Positions 22,157 through 32,396 are shown, numbered from the stretch's first letter. The stretch: DNA of 61,131 nt from an uncultured Candidatus Saccharibacteria bacterium (GCA_964475855.1 CAYZAV010000004.1:1-61131); one strand, 5' to 3'. The notes: generated by a model not told the origin, from the sequence alone. Translations and numbers: made by a program.

Positions 22157-24379
22157 TTACTTTGGCATCAGTGCCAGGACTACTACCATGGCGATGATAA
22201 TCGGTACGATTCCCACATATATCCAGGTGTTATTTAACCCCCCTCCACCACCTCCGCTTTGGATTTTATTATTTGAAAAAGTACATGAAGTGGTTTGGCT
22301 GGCGGTTACGGTAATATTGGTGCAATTAGTTTGTGTTTGTTGCCAGCCGGCCTGGGTACTTTCGGCGACAGTGTAGCTTCCCGGCGGCACGTTATTTATG
22401 GTGCCAATGCCAGTATTATTGACGGTGGTTATCTGGAAGTTCCCGGCGGTTGAAGTAAAACTAAAGGTTCCATTGCCACCGGTGGTATTTTTAGTAACCC
22501 TTATTGATCCGTACTGGATTGCCAGGGGCGTAATAGTAAATGTGTTAGCATTTGAAGTTCCTCCGCCGGGTGCCGGGTTTACTACAGTTACATCTCGAGT
22601 TCCTGGCGTATCAAGTTCCGTCGCTGGAATAGTGGCGGTTAGTTGAGTTGGAGAAACATAGGTAGTACTAAGTGTTACCGCTCCAAAATGGACAACCGAA
22701 CTGCTTATGAAATTTGTACCATTGACGATAATATTTTGAGGCAAAGGGGTTAGTAAAACCGGAGCGGATACCGGGGAAATAGTAGTAATGGTTGGAGTGG
22801 GATTGGTTGGTATATTGTAGCTGTTGGTAAAAAAACAGATGGTAGTTTGGCCGGCAATAATGGTAATAGAAGAAGGCGTGCCGTTGGTGCAGCTTGAGCT
22901 AGTAAGAGTCCAGCCTGCTTGGGGTGTTTCAGAAATAGCGTAAGTTCCTGGAGCTAGCGTTACTGACTGGGTGCCGGTGCCTGGTTGCCCCGTTTGATAT
23001 ATGACCGTACTAATTGAAGTAATGCCAGTGTTGCCAGTAAAGGCAAATGTCCCAATACCACCAATGGTATTTTTCATGATACTTAAACTGCCTTCTTGGG
23101 ATAATGGCTGGCCGACGGTAAATTCTATGGTATTGGAAATTTGGCCATTGCTACTGACCTTTAAAAAATAGGTTGTGGGAACAACCAATGCACTAGCATT
23201 GATCAAAAATGTTATTTGCGTAGGAGAATATGTAACAACGGGATTAGCAAAGGTACCATTGAGATGAGTTAATAGTATTGAGTTTTCGGAAAATCCTGTG
23301 CCATTGACCGTCATAGTAAAAGCGGGGCTTCCGGCAGGGACTGATGTAGGCGAAATACTAGTAATGGATAACGGACCTGAAGGCGGGTTTACCACAAAGC
23401 CTTTTTCGTTTGATGTTCCACCACCTGGTGCCGGATTTACCACATTTAATGTACGGTAGCCGGAGCCTAGTGAAAGCAAGACAGATAGTTGTGTTGACGA
23501 AATATAAGTAGTGGAAAATGCCTGGTTACTGGCACCGGTTATAATATGGACTACAGAAGAAGGTACAAAATTGGTACCCGTGACGGTAATGGTTTGAACG
23601 CCTTCAAGCATGATTGTTGGAGAAATACTGGAAATAAAAGGAACCGGATTCGTGGTTGGGTTTTCTGGCGCTTGGGTGACGGTAAATGTCTGACTATTTG
23701 AAGTGCCTCCCCCTGGCGCGGGATTTGCAATGCTAACCGTATGCGTTCCCACTGCCGGCATAGAAGATATAGATGCGGTAAGTTGAGATGCGGAAACATG
23801 ATTGGTTGGCAAAGCTAAATTGCCGAGGTAAATAATAGAAGACGAGGTAAAATTGCTACCATTGACGGTTAAGGTGAAAGGTGGGTCGTTTGATAGTTTT
23901 TCTGTGGGTGTAATACTAGTGGTTAGAGGAACGGGATTACCGGTGTAATAGTGCCGAAATTCGCAAATAATATCCCGGTCGGCGATAACATTAATATTTA
24001 TCATGCCATCAGTGTCATTGATGCCGGTGTTGCCACCAGAGCTACCATCCCACCAATAGCACTCCCGCGATGTCAGAATATTCCAACCTTCGGTTCTTGG
24101 TAATATTTCATGAATAGCATAAGTTCCAGGTGTCACCGACTGTATGCTGGAAAAGCCTATCATCCAGCTATAATTAGGTGGTCCATATGCGTCAACAGCA
24201 ACGTCGGTCGTATATGCAGTAGGTCCGGTAACTGAAAAATGGAATGTGGCAGCTGGGCCGTCGTATGCCCATTCTTTGATTTGGAGTGTGCCGTTTGCCG
24301 CGTGCACAGAAAAAGCGCCGCACAATAAAACCAATGCGGCGCCTAAAAATACCAAATGCTTAGAAAAATATTTTCCCAT
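22157..24379 (-). CDS. Surface protein with IPT/TIG-like repeats and a C-terminal TM anchor (740 aa)
   Basis: Signal peptide. Repeated ISPT....TVTGTNF..SSVV...VVNPAPGGGTSN. Ends in poly-Gly and a TM. Confidence 0.8.
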   Translation of the reverse strand: MGKYFSKHLVFLGAALVLLCGAFSVHAANGTLQIKEWAYDGPAATFHFSVTGPTAYTTDVAVDAYGPPNYSWMIGFSSIQSVTPGTYAIHEILPRTEGWNILTSRECYWWDGSSGGNTGINDTDGMININVIADRDIICEFRHYYTGNPVPLTTSITPTEKLSNDPPFTLTVNGSNFTSSSIIYLGNLALPTNHVSASQLTASISSMPAVGTHTVSIANPAPGGGTSNSQTFTVTQAPENPTTNPVPFISSISPTIMLEGVQTITVTGTNFVPSSVVHIITGASNQAFSTTYISSTQLSVLLSLGSGYRTLNVVNPAPGGGTSNEKGFVVNPPSGPLSITSISPTSVPAGSPAFTMTVNGTGFSENSILLTHLNGTFANPVVTYSPTQITFLINASALVVPTTYFLKVSSNGQISNTIEFTVGQPLSQEGSLSIMKNTIGGIGTFAFTGNTGITSISTVIYQTGQPGTGTQSVTLAPGTYAISETPQAGWTLTSSSCTNGTPSSITIIAGQTTICFFTNSYNIPTNPTPTITTISPVSAPVLLTPLPQNIIVNGTNFISSSVVHFGAVTLSTTYVSPTQLTATIPATELDTPGTRDVTVVNPAPGGGTSNANTFTITPLAIQYGSIRVTKNTTGGNGTFSFTSTAGNFQITTVNNTGIGTINNVPPGSYTVAESTQAGWQQTQTNCTNITVTASQTTSCTFSNNKIQSGGGGGGLNNTWIYVGIVPIIIAMVVVLALMPK

Positions 24380-24440
24380 GTTCAGTCATTTTACCATGCC
24401 CGGCAAACGCCGCAACTGTGGATAACAAATGACCGAAGAA

Positions 24441-24848
24441 TTATTCCGTTACGGTGATGGTTCCCTTTATCGTCGGATGCAGTTTGCAGTAATACGAATA
24501 CTTTCCCGCCACGACAAAGGTGTCGCTATATGTTGAAGCTTTTTGCAGTTCCGGACTCATAGGGCCGTTGTTATCTGCGGTAACCGTGTGGGTCATAATA
24601 TCGGTGTTAGTCCAAACAACCGTCTGGCCTTTTTTGATGGTAACATCTTTTGGGAAAAAACCATCTTTACTGATTACTACCGTCACAATATTGGAAGGCA
24701 TGGCAATTTGGTAAGGATTTTTCACCTGGTTGGTTTTGAGCACGATAATGCAATACACTAATCCGTACACAATTGCACCCAGAATAGCATAGGCTAAAAG
24801 CCAGTACCAGAACGTTTTTTTAAGTTGTTGTAGGTTTTTCATAGTCAA
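24441..24848 (-). CDS. Membrane-anchored cupredoxin-domain protein
   Basis: KKGQTVVWTNTD.MTHTVTA...YSYYCKLHPTIKGTITV. Confidence 0.7.
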   Translation of the reverse strand: MTMKNLQQLKKTFWYWLLAYAILGAIVYGLVYCIIVLKTNQVKNPYQIAMPSNIVTVVISKDGFFPKDVTIKKGQTVVWTNTDIMTHTVTADNNGPMSPELQKASTYSDTFVVAGKYSYYCKLHPTIKGTITVTE

Positions 24849-27642
24849 AAATATAATAAATTACCCAAGCCAGGCCAAAGAAAGCCAATATCCACATGAA
24901 ATTATTTTTTATCCATTGCCACAATGCTTCAACTCCGCTGGCATTTTGCAGAGCAGCTGTTTGATTATTGATTTGTGCGGTTATTTCCGGCGCGTTTTCA
25001 GCGATAAGTGTTGGGATTTCTTGGCTGGTAGGAGCTGATACTTTCGGATTTTCGGGCTCTGCTATGGCTACGGAATTATCTGAAGTTTCTTCTTCTGCAG
25101 ATGCAATAGTTACCGGAATTTCGCTTGGCGCGTCGGGAGTTTGCGGCTCTGGGCTGGGAGTTGGAATGACCGGTGCAAACGTGGCAAGAATGGTGTGCCC
25201 CGCACTGATATTAATAAAAGTATGGCTGATTACGGCTCCAGTGGATGTGCCATCAACTACTACGTCGGCAATAGCAAATCCGGCATTTGGGGTAATGGTA
25301 ACGGTATAATTATTTCCCGCCGCAACGGAAAGCGAACCAACCGGGTTAACCAATCCATTGGCATCAGATGAAGATGTGATGGTAAATAATTGCGCTGAAC
25401 CTCCGCCTCCCCCGCCACCTCCACCGCCTTGGGCATTGACTTGGAAGTTGGCAGTTACAGAAATATCAGTGATAACGTTAGTTTCGGTGCGCGGATTGAT
25501 GGTTGAGCTGTCAGACCAATTTACAAATTGAAACCCCGCATTTGCCACGGCGGTTACGGCAGTTCCATTGCTTGCATTTTCAACTGTTTGCGACGTGGTT
25601 CCAGTGATAGTCCCGTTTGTCCCGGCGATATAAGTAAGGGCGTGGGTTATGATGACGACTGGCACAATATCATCATTGGTAATAGTACAAAATTTTACAT
25701 CACTCACGGCGAGGATAATCGCTCCATCTGCTGCGCAGTCTCCACTAAAGGTTGCCGCGTATCCCACGTCAGCTGTTTCGCTTACAATGTAATTGGTTGC
25801 ATTAAAGCCCGTTTCAACACCACTGCTGACAGCGGTTGCCCCTACAAATAGTGCAAAATCTGCTACCACTTTTGTCCCACTATTATCATTGGTTACTATT
25901 TTAGTAACGGTCAGTTTTGGTTGGATGTCGTCAAAGGTGACGGTGCATGTCCTAGCTTCATCAAGGCTTAATGGACCGGGCCCCGATCCTGCCTGTGTTC
26001 CATCGCAGTCAGTTGAAAATGTTTTTGTGTAACCAGTCACATCTGCCGCGGTAACATCGTAGTCTGTATTGGCGTTTAAGGAAACAGTAAAGCCGGTGGT
26101 GTCGTCTCCCGGAAAGGTGGATGAGGGCACTACATTTACCCCGGTTACGGTTAGCGAGGTGGAAGAATCTACCAGTGACCCACCATTATCATTATTAATA
26201 GCCACTTTTACGGTTAATTGCGGTGAAATGTCGTCGTTAGTTAATGTGCAGTTTTTGGTTTCACCTAAACCCAAGCTTACATTTCCGGCGGTGTCGCAGT
26301 TTCCAAGGAAAGTGTAGCTTAATTCGTATCCTGCTGGCCCGGTTTCCGTTACTATATATGTCCCAACATCAACATAATGTAAGATTGCGGTTTCAGAGCC
26401 TGTTACGGAAAACGAAGTGGTCAGTGGACTTGGGCCGGCTACGTCTAAAGTAAAATCACTAGCCAGGGCCGTTCCCCCATTATCATTTACCATATGCTTG
26501 GCAACTTCCAAGATTGGTGAAATGTCATTGTTCGCAATGGTGCATGTTTTCACATCAGCCGGCACAAGCGTGATAGTCCCATCTGCTGCGCAGTCTCCAC
26601 TAAAGGTTGCCGCGTATCCCACGTCAACTGTTTCACTGATAGTGTAAGTTGCGGCATTAAAGCTGGTTTGCACTCCGGAAGTGACCGAAGTTGCCCCCAC
26701 AAACAATGCAAAATCGGTATCTATTTTTGTCCCACCATTATCATTAACAACCACTTTGGTGACCGTCAATTTTGGTTGAATGTCGTTATTGGTAATAGTA
26801 CAAGTTTTCACGTCTCCAACTGCCAGGGTAATACTTCCATCCGCCGCGCAGTCGCCTGAAGTCGCCCCGACATACTGCGGATCATTTATTTCACTGATGG
26901 TGTGGGCGCCAACGGTTAACGTATTTTCTGTGCCGGAAGTTACCGTGGTGGAATCTATTTGTATCGTAAAATCCGCCACTACTTTCGTCCCGCCATTATC
27001 ATTAACAACCACCTTGGTAACTGTCAGTTTTGGCGGCAGGGTATAGGTTACGGTAATTTGAATATAATCCACGGATCCCGTATGGTTGGTTCCGGAATTG
27101 CTAGTTACCGACAATGCTGCTCCGAAATTGGAAGCGTTAATATCTGATGGCGTCCAAGTTGTTCCCCATAAATCCGATGCGCTCCCGTAATTAGCCAATG
27201 CCACTGAATTTGACCATACTGATGCCCCAGCTTTATTGTCGCCCGTTATCATCCCGCCTTTCATCAAGCTTACGGTACTATCTTTTATCGATGAGCTAGT
27301 GGACGATTCTCGTCGAATGGTAAGTTGTATGCCATTAATGGTTGCATCTGTAGGAATAGAAAAGCCATAATCACTGCCCGTAACATAATGTGAAATATTT
27401 GGTGAGGCAAGGGTTACCGTTGCCATGTTATTTCCCGTAGAATCGGTGATCCTGTCCGGGTTTAACCAGGTAACGGTTCCAACGCTGCTTATGTCGGATC
27501 CTGTTCCCGCATCGCTTGGGCTGGTAGTTGCGGCATTGGCAATTGAAGCCATAAAAAAACCGCCAATTACAAAAATTGCGGCCAGTGAAAGCACAAGATA
27601 TTTTTTCGACATACTTTTTGAGTATCTGCTTATTATCCCCAT
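24820..27642 (-). CDS. Giant surface protein (940 aa) with repeated PKLTVTKVVVNDNGGTK domains, a poly-Gly hinge and a C-terminal anchor
   Basis: At least 5 repeats of LTVTK.V.NDNGG......F......CT..N. An alternative start lies at 27612. Confidence 0.8.
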   Translation of the reverse strand: MGIISRYSKSMSKKYLVLSLAAIFVIGGFFMASIANAATTSPSDAGTGSDISSVGTVTWLNPDRITDSTGNNMATVTLASPNISHYVTGSDYGFSIPTDATINGIQLTIRRESSTSSSIKDSTVSLMKGGMITGDNKAGASVWSNSVALANYGSASDLWGTTWTPSDINASNFGAALSVTSNSGTNHTGSVDYIQITVTYTLPPKLTVTKVVVNDNGGTKVVADFTIQIDSTTVTSGTENTLTVGAHTISEINDPQYVGATSGDCAADGSITLAVGDVKTCTITNNDIQPKLTVTKVVVNDNGGTKIDTDFALFVGATSVTSGVQTSFNAATYTISETVDVGYAATFSGDCAADGTITLVPADVKTCTIANNDISPILEVAKHMVNDNGGTALASDFTLDVAGPSPLTTSFSVTGSETAILHYVDVGTYIVTETGPAGYELSYTFLGNCDTAGNVSLGLGETKNCTLTNDDISPQLTVKVAINNDNGGSLVDSSTSLTVTGVNVVPSSTFPGDDTTGFTVSLNANTDYDVTAADVTGYTKTFSTDCDGTQAGSGPGPLSLDEARTCTVTFDDIQPKLTVTKIVTNDNSGTKVVADFALFVGATAVSSGVETGFNATNYIVSETADVGYAATFSGDCAADGAIILAVSDVKFCTITNDDIVPVVIITHALTYIAGTNGTITGTTSQTVENASNGTAVTAVANAGFQFVNWSDSSTINPRTETNVITDISVTANFQVNAQGGGGGGGGGGSAQLFTITSSSDANGLVNPVGSLSVAAGNNYTVTITPNAGFAIADVVVDGTSTGAVISHTFINISAGHTILATFAPVIPTPSPEPQTPDAPSEIPVTIASAEEETSDNSVAIAEPENPKVSAPTSQEIPTLIAENAPEITAQINNQTAALQNASGVEALWQWIKNNFMWILAFFGLAWVIYYIFDYEKPTTT

Positions 27643-27664
27643 CCTACATCACCCATAGTAAAAA

Positions 27665-28141
27665 TCAAGTGCCGGCCGTTTCTTTTTTTATTTTCAATGC
27701 GCGCACGACCGTATCCCACATAACGGGTAATTCTAAGTAATCAACAAAAATGGCAATCCATGACAGCCATACCGGGATTTGCACCAAGGCTTCGCCAGTG
27801 AAGTTTTCCAGTACTACTTCGTCCGTAATCCAAAACATGTGGAACCACTGACTGTTGAGCAGTAATAAATACAGCCACGCTTTTTTAGTTGCCCTCCCCT
27901 GGATAATATCGTTAATATAAATCAGCGAAACGCTGGCCAGGGCCGGGATTTCGGTATAATCAACCGCCCCAACCAGCCAATCAAGCTGGTGCGGGAACAG
28001 GCTTATTCCCCATAATCGGAAAAATACCACATTGGTGGTAAGCCAGACCAAATGGACAAGTTGCAGTAAAAAAAGAACCATTGCCAGGCGGACATGGAAG
28101 ACGTAGTGCCGATTATACCAAGCAAAAAGCTGTTGTATCAT
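27665..28141 (-). CDS. Polytopic membrane protein, unknown function
   Basis: 158 aa with 4-5 hydrophobic, Trp-rich segments. Confidence 0.55.
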   Translation of the reverse strand: MIQQLFAWYNRHYVFHVRLAMVLFLLQLVHLVWLTTNVVFFRLWGISLFPHQLDWLVGAVDYTEIPALASVSLIYINDIIQGRATKKAWLYLLLLNSQWFHMFWITDEVVLENFTGEALVQIPVWLSWIAIFVDYLELPVMWDTVVRALKIKKETAGT

Positions 28142-28150
28142 ACGATGGTA

Positions 28151-28546
28151 TTATACCACGTTTTTAGATATTGTTTGGTGTAGCCCAAAGGTATTGCCTT
28201 CGGTGTCCAAAAAATATCCCTGCCAGGCCATATCCATAATCTTAAATTTTGCCATGGCCACTTTTCCGCCTGCCGTTTCAATTTTTGCGGCAATGTCGTC
28301 AAAATCATCCACCTGCACGGTACAGACAAACGCGTTGGTACCCTGCTGTGGCGCTGGGGACGGGCATGGGCGTTTGAGTAATCCCCCATTAATGCCTTTT
28401 TCAGTACTCTCTTTTGGCGCGGTCATTATTCCCCAGTACCCGTCCATCCATTTTGGGAATTCCCAACCAAACACGGCGGAATAAAATGCAATAGCCCGTT
28501 CAACGTCATCAACTTGGATTTCAAAATGAGTGATTCTGTTTGGCAT
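28151..28546 (-). CDS. VOC/glyoxalase-family protein
   Basis: ITHFEIQVDD.ERAIAFY..VFGW...GYFLDTEGN.FGLHQ. Confidence 0.8.
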   Translation of the reverse strand: MPNRITHFEIQVDDVERAIAFYSAVFGWEFPKWMDGYWGIMTAPKESTEKGINGGLLKRPCPSPAPQQGTNAFVCTVQVDDFDDIAAKIETAGGKVAMAKFKIMDMAWQGYFLDTEGNTFGLHQTISKNVV

Positions 28547-28601
28547 GGTTTTTCTATGTTAATTGTATATTATATTACCATATCCAGATATAGCTTTCCT
28601 T

Positions 28602-28613
28602 TGTCGCACAATA
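28602..28613 (+). repeat. TGTCGCACAATA copy 6 (intergenic)
   Basis: Exact 12-mer. Confidence 0.95.
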
Positions 28614-28688
28614 AAGTGCTTTGATTGACATATTTAATTTTAATGCTAAACTAATATTAGCCCTTTTCACTTACATAAGGAGTTTTAC

Positions 28689-29186
28689 GTGGCGGAGGAA
28701 AAACCTAAAAACCAGGAAAACTATCGCATTGAATACAAGGAAGTAGCAACTAGTCACCGTTTCTACGTTGGCCTGAGGTTCGTTATCGCCGCATTCACAG
28801 CGACGTTGCAATCAGCGCTGCTGAAACTGTACAGTGATGCACTACAGGCGACTTCACCGCCCGAGGTTTTGCTTTTCGGATATCGGTTTAGCTTGGGAGG
28901 GCATCCAGTTTCCATCGCCGCAGTCGGCTGTATCACTATGCTGGCAATTCTGGTAATGGAAAGAAGGAACATTGACCGATTCAAAGTGATGTTAAAGCGA
29001 GGCAAGGAAGTTGAATTTAATCTCCTTTTGCTTGGTGGTCAATTCAGCCGACTTGGTGAAACCACTGGTCTTGGTCTTTTTACCTATACGTGGAGCCTTG
29101 GAGTCATCTATACTGGGATTGGGGCAATGTGGCTTTGGCTATTGTTCTTCAATCTCGTTGCCCTTTACGAAAGGAACTTCAAATGA
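28689..29186 (+). CDS. Membrane protein, 165 aa, unknown function
   Basis: TTGACA-16-TAAACT promoter (28625 onward). TAAGGAG sits 6 nt before a GTG start. 3-4 TM segments. Confidence 0.55.
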   Translation: MAEEKPKNQENYRIEYKEVATSHRFYVGLRFVIAAFTATLQSALLKLYSDALQATSPPEVLLFGYRFSLGGHPVSIAAVGCITMLAILVMERRNIDRFKVMLKRGKEVEFNLLLLGGQFSRLGETTGLGLFTYTWSLGVIYTGIGAMWLWLLFFNLVALYERNFK

Positions 29187-29362
29187 GCGCAGAAAACTCG
29201 AAAGAAAGCAGCGAAAAGGTTAGTCCGTATGAACCATTTACCGGTGAACACTGGATTGAGCGATGGGTCTGGAACGCAATGATCGGATTCTTGCTGGTGG
29301 GCTTAATTGGCGTAATTATTGGGCTTGTCGTTCTGCAAATCATGATACTCCTCAAGGATTAA
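29183..29362 (+). CDS. 59-aa single-TM protein, translationally coupled (ATGA overlap)
   Basis: MSAENSKESS...IGFLLVGLIGVIIGLVVLQIMILL. Its start overlaps the upstream stop. Confidence 0.45.
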   Translation: MSAENSKESSEKVSPYEPFTGEHWIERWVWNAMIGFLLVGLIGVIIGLVVLQIMILLKD

Positions 29363-29388
29363 CAAAGCAGCAATGCCGCACGCGCATG

Positions 29389-29412
29389 CCGGTTCATACG
29401 AACCGGTTTTTT
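29389..29412 (+). terminator. Terminator CCGGTTC-ATAC-GAACCGG plus T7
   Basis: Read directly. Overlaps the stop of the convergent gene. Confidence 0.7.
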
Positions 29413-30302
29413 TATACTGGAATTGCCGCTCTTAACTTCGGATGACTTCCGATGCAATTATTACAACAAATGACTTTGCGTGACGGCCGTATACTGTCAT
29501 CATTGTAAAACTCTTCGCATTTTGTCGCACAATAAGCGCAGGTACCCACAACTTCGCGGTTTTCTGATTCCGCGACCGGCGTTACCATCCGATTGTCAAA
29601 CACGAACAAACTGCCTTTAAATCGTTTGCCCGGGTATTTTTTAATGTAGGTATGAATACCATCTTTCAGCTGGAAAATATTGGTAAACCCCTCTTTTTTT
29701 AATAATACCGTTGCTTTTTCGCACCTGATTCCACCCGTGCAAACCGCCACCACTTTTTTGTTTTTTAAATGTGATAGTCCTGCAATTTTAGCCGGTAATT
29801 CTTTGAATTTTTGCAGCCCCGGATTTACCGTTTTTTCAAAATATCCGGCCTGGATTTCAAAGTCATTGCGTAAGTCCAATATCACAAAATCATCCTTCGG
29901 CACGCCAGAGCCTTTGGCGTCGGTGGCGCGATACATTTTTTCCAATTGCGTGGCGGTTACTGTAGGCGCCGTATCTTTTTTAATGTTTAACTCCCCCACT
30001 CCCAGCGTTACCACTTCCGGCCGCACTTTTACTTGCAGTTTGGTAAACCCTTTGCCATTGCCAGCACTTTCTTTAATTACAATGTTTTTAAAGATAGAAA
30101 TCTTGCGCAGCGCTTTGATATATTTTTTGATTGCTGTTGTTTCTCCCTCAAATGTGGCATTGACCCCCTCATGCGCCACCAGCATCCGCCCCGTCAAACC
30201 AAAACCAGCAGCAAGCTGTTTATGCATATCCCTAAACTTTTCAGGGTTTTTTATCTTAGTGAATTTGTAAAATAAAATGATGGTAAAACTCTCTTTTTTC
30301 AT
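29412..30302 (-). CDS. trhO: Rhodanese-domain protein of the UPF0176/TrhO (YceA) type
   Basis: HEGVNATFEG, LDLRNDFE...GYF, active-site CTGGIRCEK, C-terminal Cys cluster. Confidence 0.75.
   Translation of the reverse strand: MKKESFTIILFYKFTKIKNPEKFRDMHKQLAAGFGLTGRMLVAHEGVNATFEGETTAIKKYIKALRKISIFKNIVIKESAGNGKGFTKLQVKVRPEVVTLGVGELNIKKDTAPTVTATQLEKMYRATDAKGSGVPKDDFVILDLRNDFEIQAGYFEKTVNPGLQKFKELPAKIAGLSHLKNKKVVAVCTGGIRCEKATVLLKKEGFTNIFQLKDGIHTYIKKYPGKRFKGSLFVFDNRMVTPVAESENREVVGTCAYCATKCEEFYNDDSIRPSRKVICCNNCIGSHPKLRAAIPV
29523..29534 (+). repeat. TGTCGCACAATA copy 7 (inside the trhO-like gene)
   Basis: Exact 12-mer. Confidence 0.95.
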
Positions 30303-30317
30303 TATTTTTTTGCAATG

Positions 30318-31022
30318 TTATTTTCCCCTGTGTCTATCAAGCTCCTGTTGCATCCAGGTATCGCCAGCAGTATCTATTTCCTCTTCACTAGGTTGATCTG
30401 CGTAATTAGGATGCCTTCTTGCATTATCCATGGCCCGTCTGAGTGCTAAGTGACGATACTCTTTCCTTCTTTCTTCACCTTCTTTTTCTTGCTTTAATAT
30501 AGTCAGCTCTTTTAGGATTTTCTCTTTATCATTAAATATTTCGTGATATTGTTCAGAAACATTTTTTACCAGTTTCTGATAATCATCCTTAGATAAGGTC
30601 ACTTCTTTTAAATTTTTCTCTAGTTCTTGCAAGGCTAAATTTCTCCTCTTGTTCTCTTCTTCCTCTTCCAACTTCATTTGCACTCGTTCTTCTATGACTT
30701 CTTCTATATTTCTTAGATTACCTTTGGCTCCGAAAAAATTAAACTCTTCCATTGAAAGGAATAAATAGGTGAAAACTTTCTTGAAGAATATGAAAGAACA
30801 CAATACGACTGTTGGCCAAATCAAGATTTTCAATAAGTCTATGAATTGATCATAGCTAATAAGGCCTTTCCAGATAAATATGAAGACCGATAGTAAAATA
30901 ACTACAAAAATAACATATGGGACAGAATTAATGAGCCGCTCCAGAATTTCATTAATATTAGAATCTTTCCCGAAGGAAACTCTGAACCTGCCCGTTTCTG
31001 CTTTAAGGTGATAGTCTGTCAT
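30318..31022 (-). CDS. Membrane plus coiled-coil protein, unknown function
   Basis: Two TM segments followed by a long charged helix (EEEEENKRR...). Confidence 0.55.
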   Translation of the reverse strand: MTDYHLKAETGRFRVSFGKDSNINEILERLINSVPYVIFVVILLSVFIFIWKGLISYDQFIDLLKILIWPTVVLCSFIFFKKVFTYLFLSMEEFNFFGAKGNLRNIEEVIEERVQMKLEEEEENKRRNLALQELEKNLKEVTLSKDDYQKLVKNVSEQYHEIFNDKEKILKELTILKQEKEGEERRKEYRHLALRRAMDNARRHPNYADQPSEEEIDTAGDTWMQQELDRHRGK

Positions 31023-31023
31023 A

Positions 31024-31467
31024 TTATTTACTCAACACCAATATCAACCTCGGCTCTCCATCTCCATAAAAATTTTCTTTGCGGCTTTTGGCAACAAATC
31101 CCAGGGATTCATACAGCTTAAGCGCCTTGGTGTTTTCTGGGTGTACGTCCAGATCAATGTGCTTTGTGTCTTTTAATTCTTCTAATACTTTTTCTATGGC
31201 GGCGCGGCCAATGCCTTGCCCTTGGAAATGTGGCTCAACTACTAATCCGCTAATACGGACATGGCTTTCACCCTTTTTTTCATAACAAATACTTCCCACT
31301 GTTGCGCCTTTAGCTTCAACTAGGTACACGACGCCAATATCCAGCACAACCAACCATTCGTCTTCGATTAGCATGGGCGAATAGATCTTCAACCCCGCGG
31401 CGGTTTTCTCAATTTCTATCAGTTCTTCAATATCTGCATTGGTAGCTTTTGTAAGGCTTATTTGCAT
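31024..31467 (-). CDS. GNAT-family N-acetyltransferase
   Basis: VVEPHFQGQGIGRAAIEKV...LKLYESLGF. Confidence 0.85.
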   Translation of the reverse strand: MQISLTKATNADIEELIEIEKTAAGLKIYSPMLIEDEWLVVLDIGVVYLVEAKGATVGSICYEKKGESHVRISGLVVEPHFQGQGIGRAAIEKVLEELKDTKHIDLDVHPENTKALKLYESLGFVAKSRKENFYGDGEPRLILVLSK

Positions 31468-31519
31468 ATAGTTACCCGCATTCTAACAAAAAACCACCTA
31501 AAATGAAAGGCAGCTTACC

Positions 31520-32143
31520 CTATTTTCCCATCAAGCAAGAAGTTAGTTCTTGGGTCGGGATCCATTCGCATTGGCCGTTAGCAAGTTTGCCGCAGGTGGC
31601 GGATTTATAGCAGGCATATTCTTCTTTGTATTCGCAGGTGGTGATAACATTTTGCTGTGCGGAACAAATTTGGCCGCTGCAGCCAGAAATATAGCAGCCG
31701 GCTTGGATGGTTTGTTTGGTTACCATTATGGTTACCGTAGTTTGGGTAGAATTGGTTATTTGGAATTTGTAATTTACCTGGGTATGCGATGGTGCCGTCA
31801 TGGTGCCAATCGTAAATGTTTTTTGTTCTGTGCCAATATCGCCGCCAGTTGCGCTGAACTGATAAGAAAGTTCGCCGGCCCAGATGCAAACAACGCCTTC
31901 TTTGCATCGGGAATCATTGATGCTGTTTAAGGTAAGGCTCAAACTATCGGGAAATACTGCTTTTTCGTTCAAGGAAAATGTAATCGGTTGGTTGAATTCA
32001 GCTTGCCCGGTAGTTTGGGGGATGATGTTGGACGGTTCTTGCTTGGTCGTAAACGGTTGATAAGAAAAAAATGCCAACCCTGTGGCAATAATGGCGATGA
32101 ATATCCCGATAATAACTAGCAACCAGGTTTTCTGATTATTCAT
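31520..32143 (-). CDS. Anchored secreted protein with a Cys-rich C-terminus, unknown function
   Basis: N-terminal TM. 207 aa. Confidence 0.55.
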   Translation of the reverse strand: MNNQKTWLLVIIGIFIAIIATGLAFFSYQPFTTKQEPSNIIPQTTGQAEFNQPITFSLNEKAVFPDSLSLTLNSINDSRCKEGVVCIWAGELSYQFSATGGDIGTEQKTFTIGTMTAPSHTQVNYKFQITNSTQTTVTIMVTKQTIQAGCYISGCSGQICSAQQNVITTCEYKEEYACYKSATCGKLANGQCEWIPTQELTSCLMGK

Positions 32144-32190
32144 GGTGATTTTTTAAATAAAGTTTTCGGCAGAGGCGAAGCAATAATATG

Positions 32191-32261
32191 TTCCGGGGCT
32201 TGGATTCGAACCAAGATACAGGGCTCCAAAGGCCCTAGTCCTACCGTTAGACGACCCCGGA
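32191..32261 (-). tRNA. tRNA-Gln (anticodon UUG), no encoded CCA
   Basis: Hand fold: acceptor TCCGGGG/CCCCGGA, anticodon stem AGGGC/GCCCT with loop CTTTGGA, T arm CTTGG-TTCGAAT-CCAAG. Confidence 0.85.
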
Positions 32262-32396
32262 ACGTAATAAATTTTTCATACGAAAAATTTAAACGTTCCA
32301 GAGACGTGTAATTTCAAGAGAAATTATTACGTCTCGGAATACCATTCATATTACCATTATTTTTTAATATTTCAACCCATGGTATAATCATAAAAT

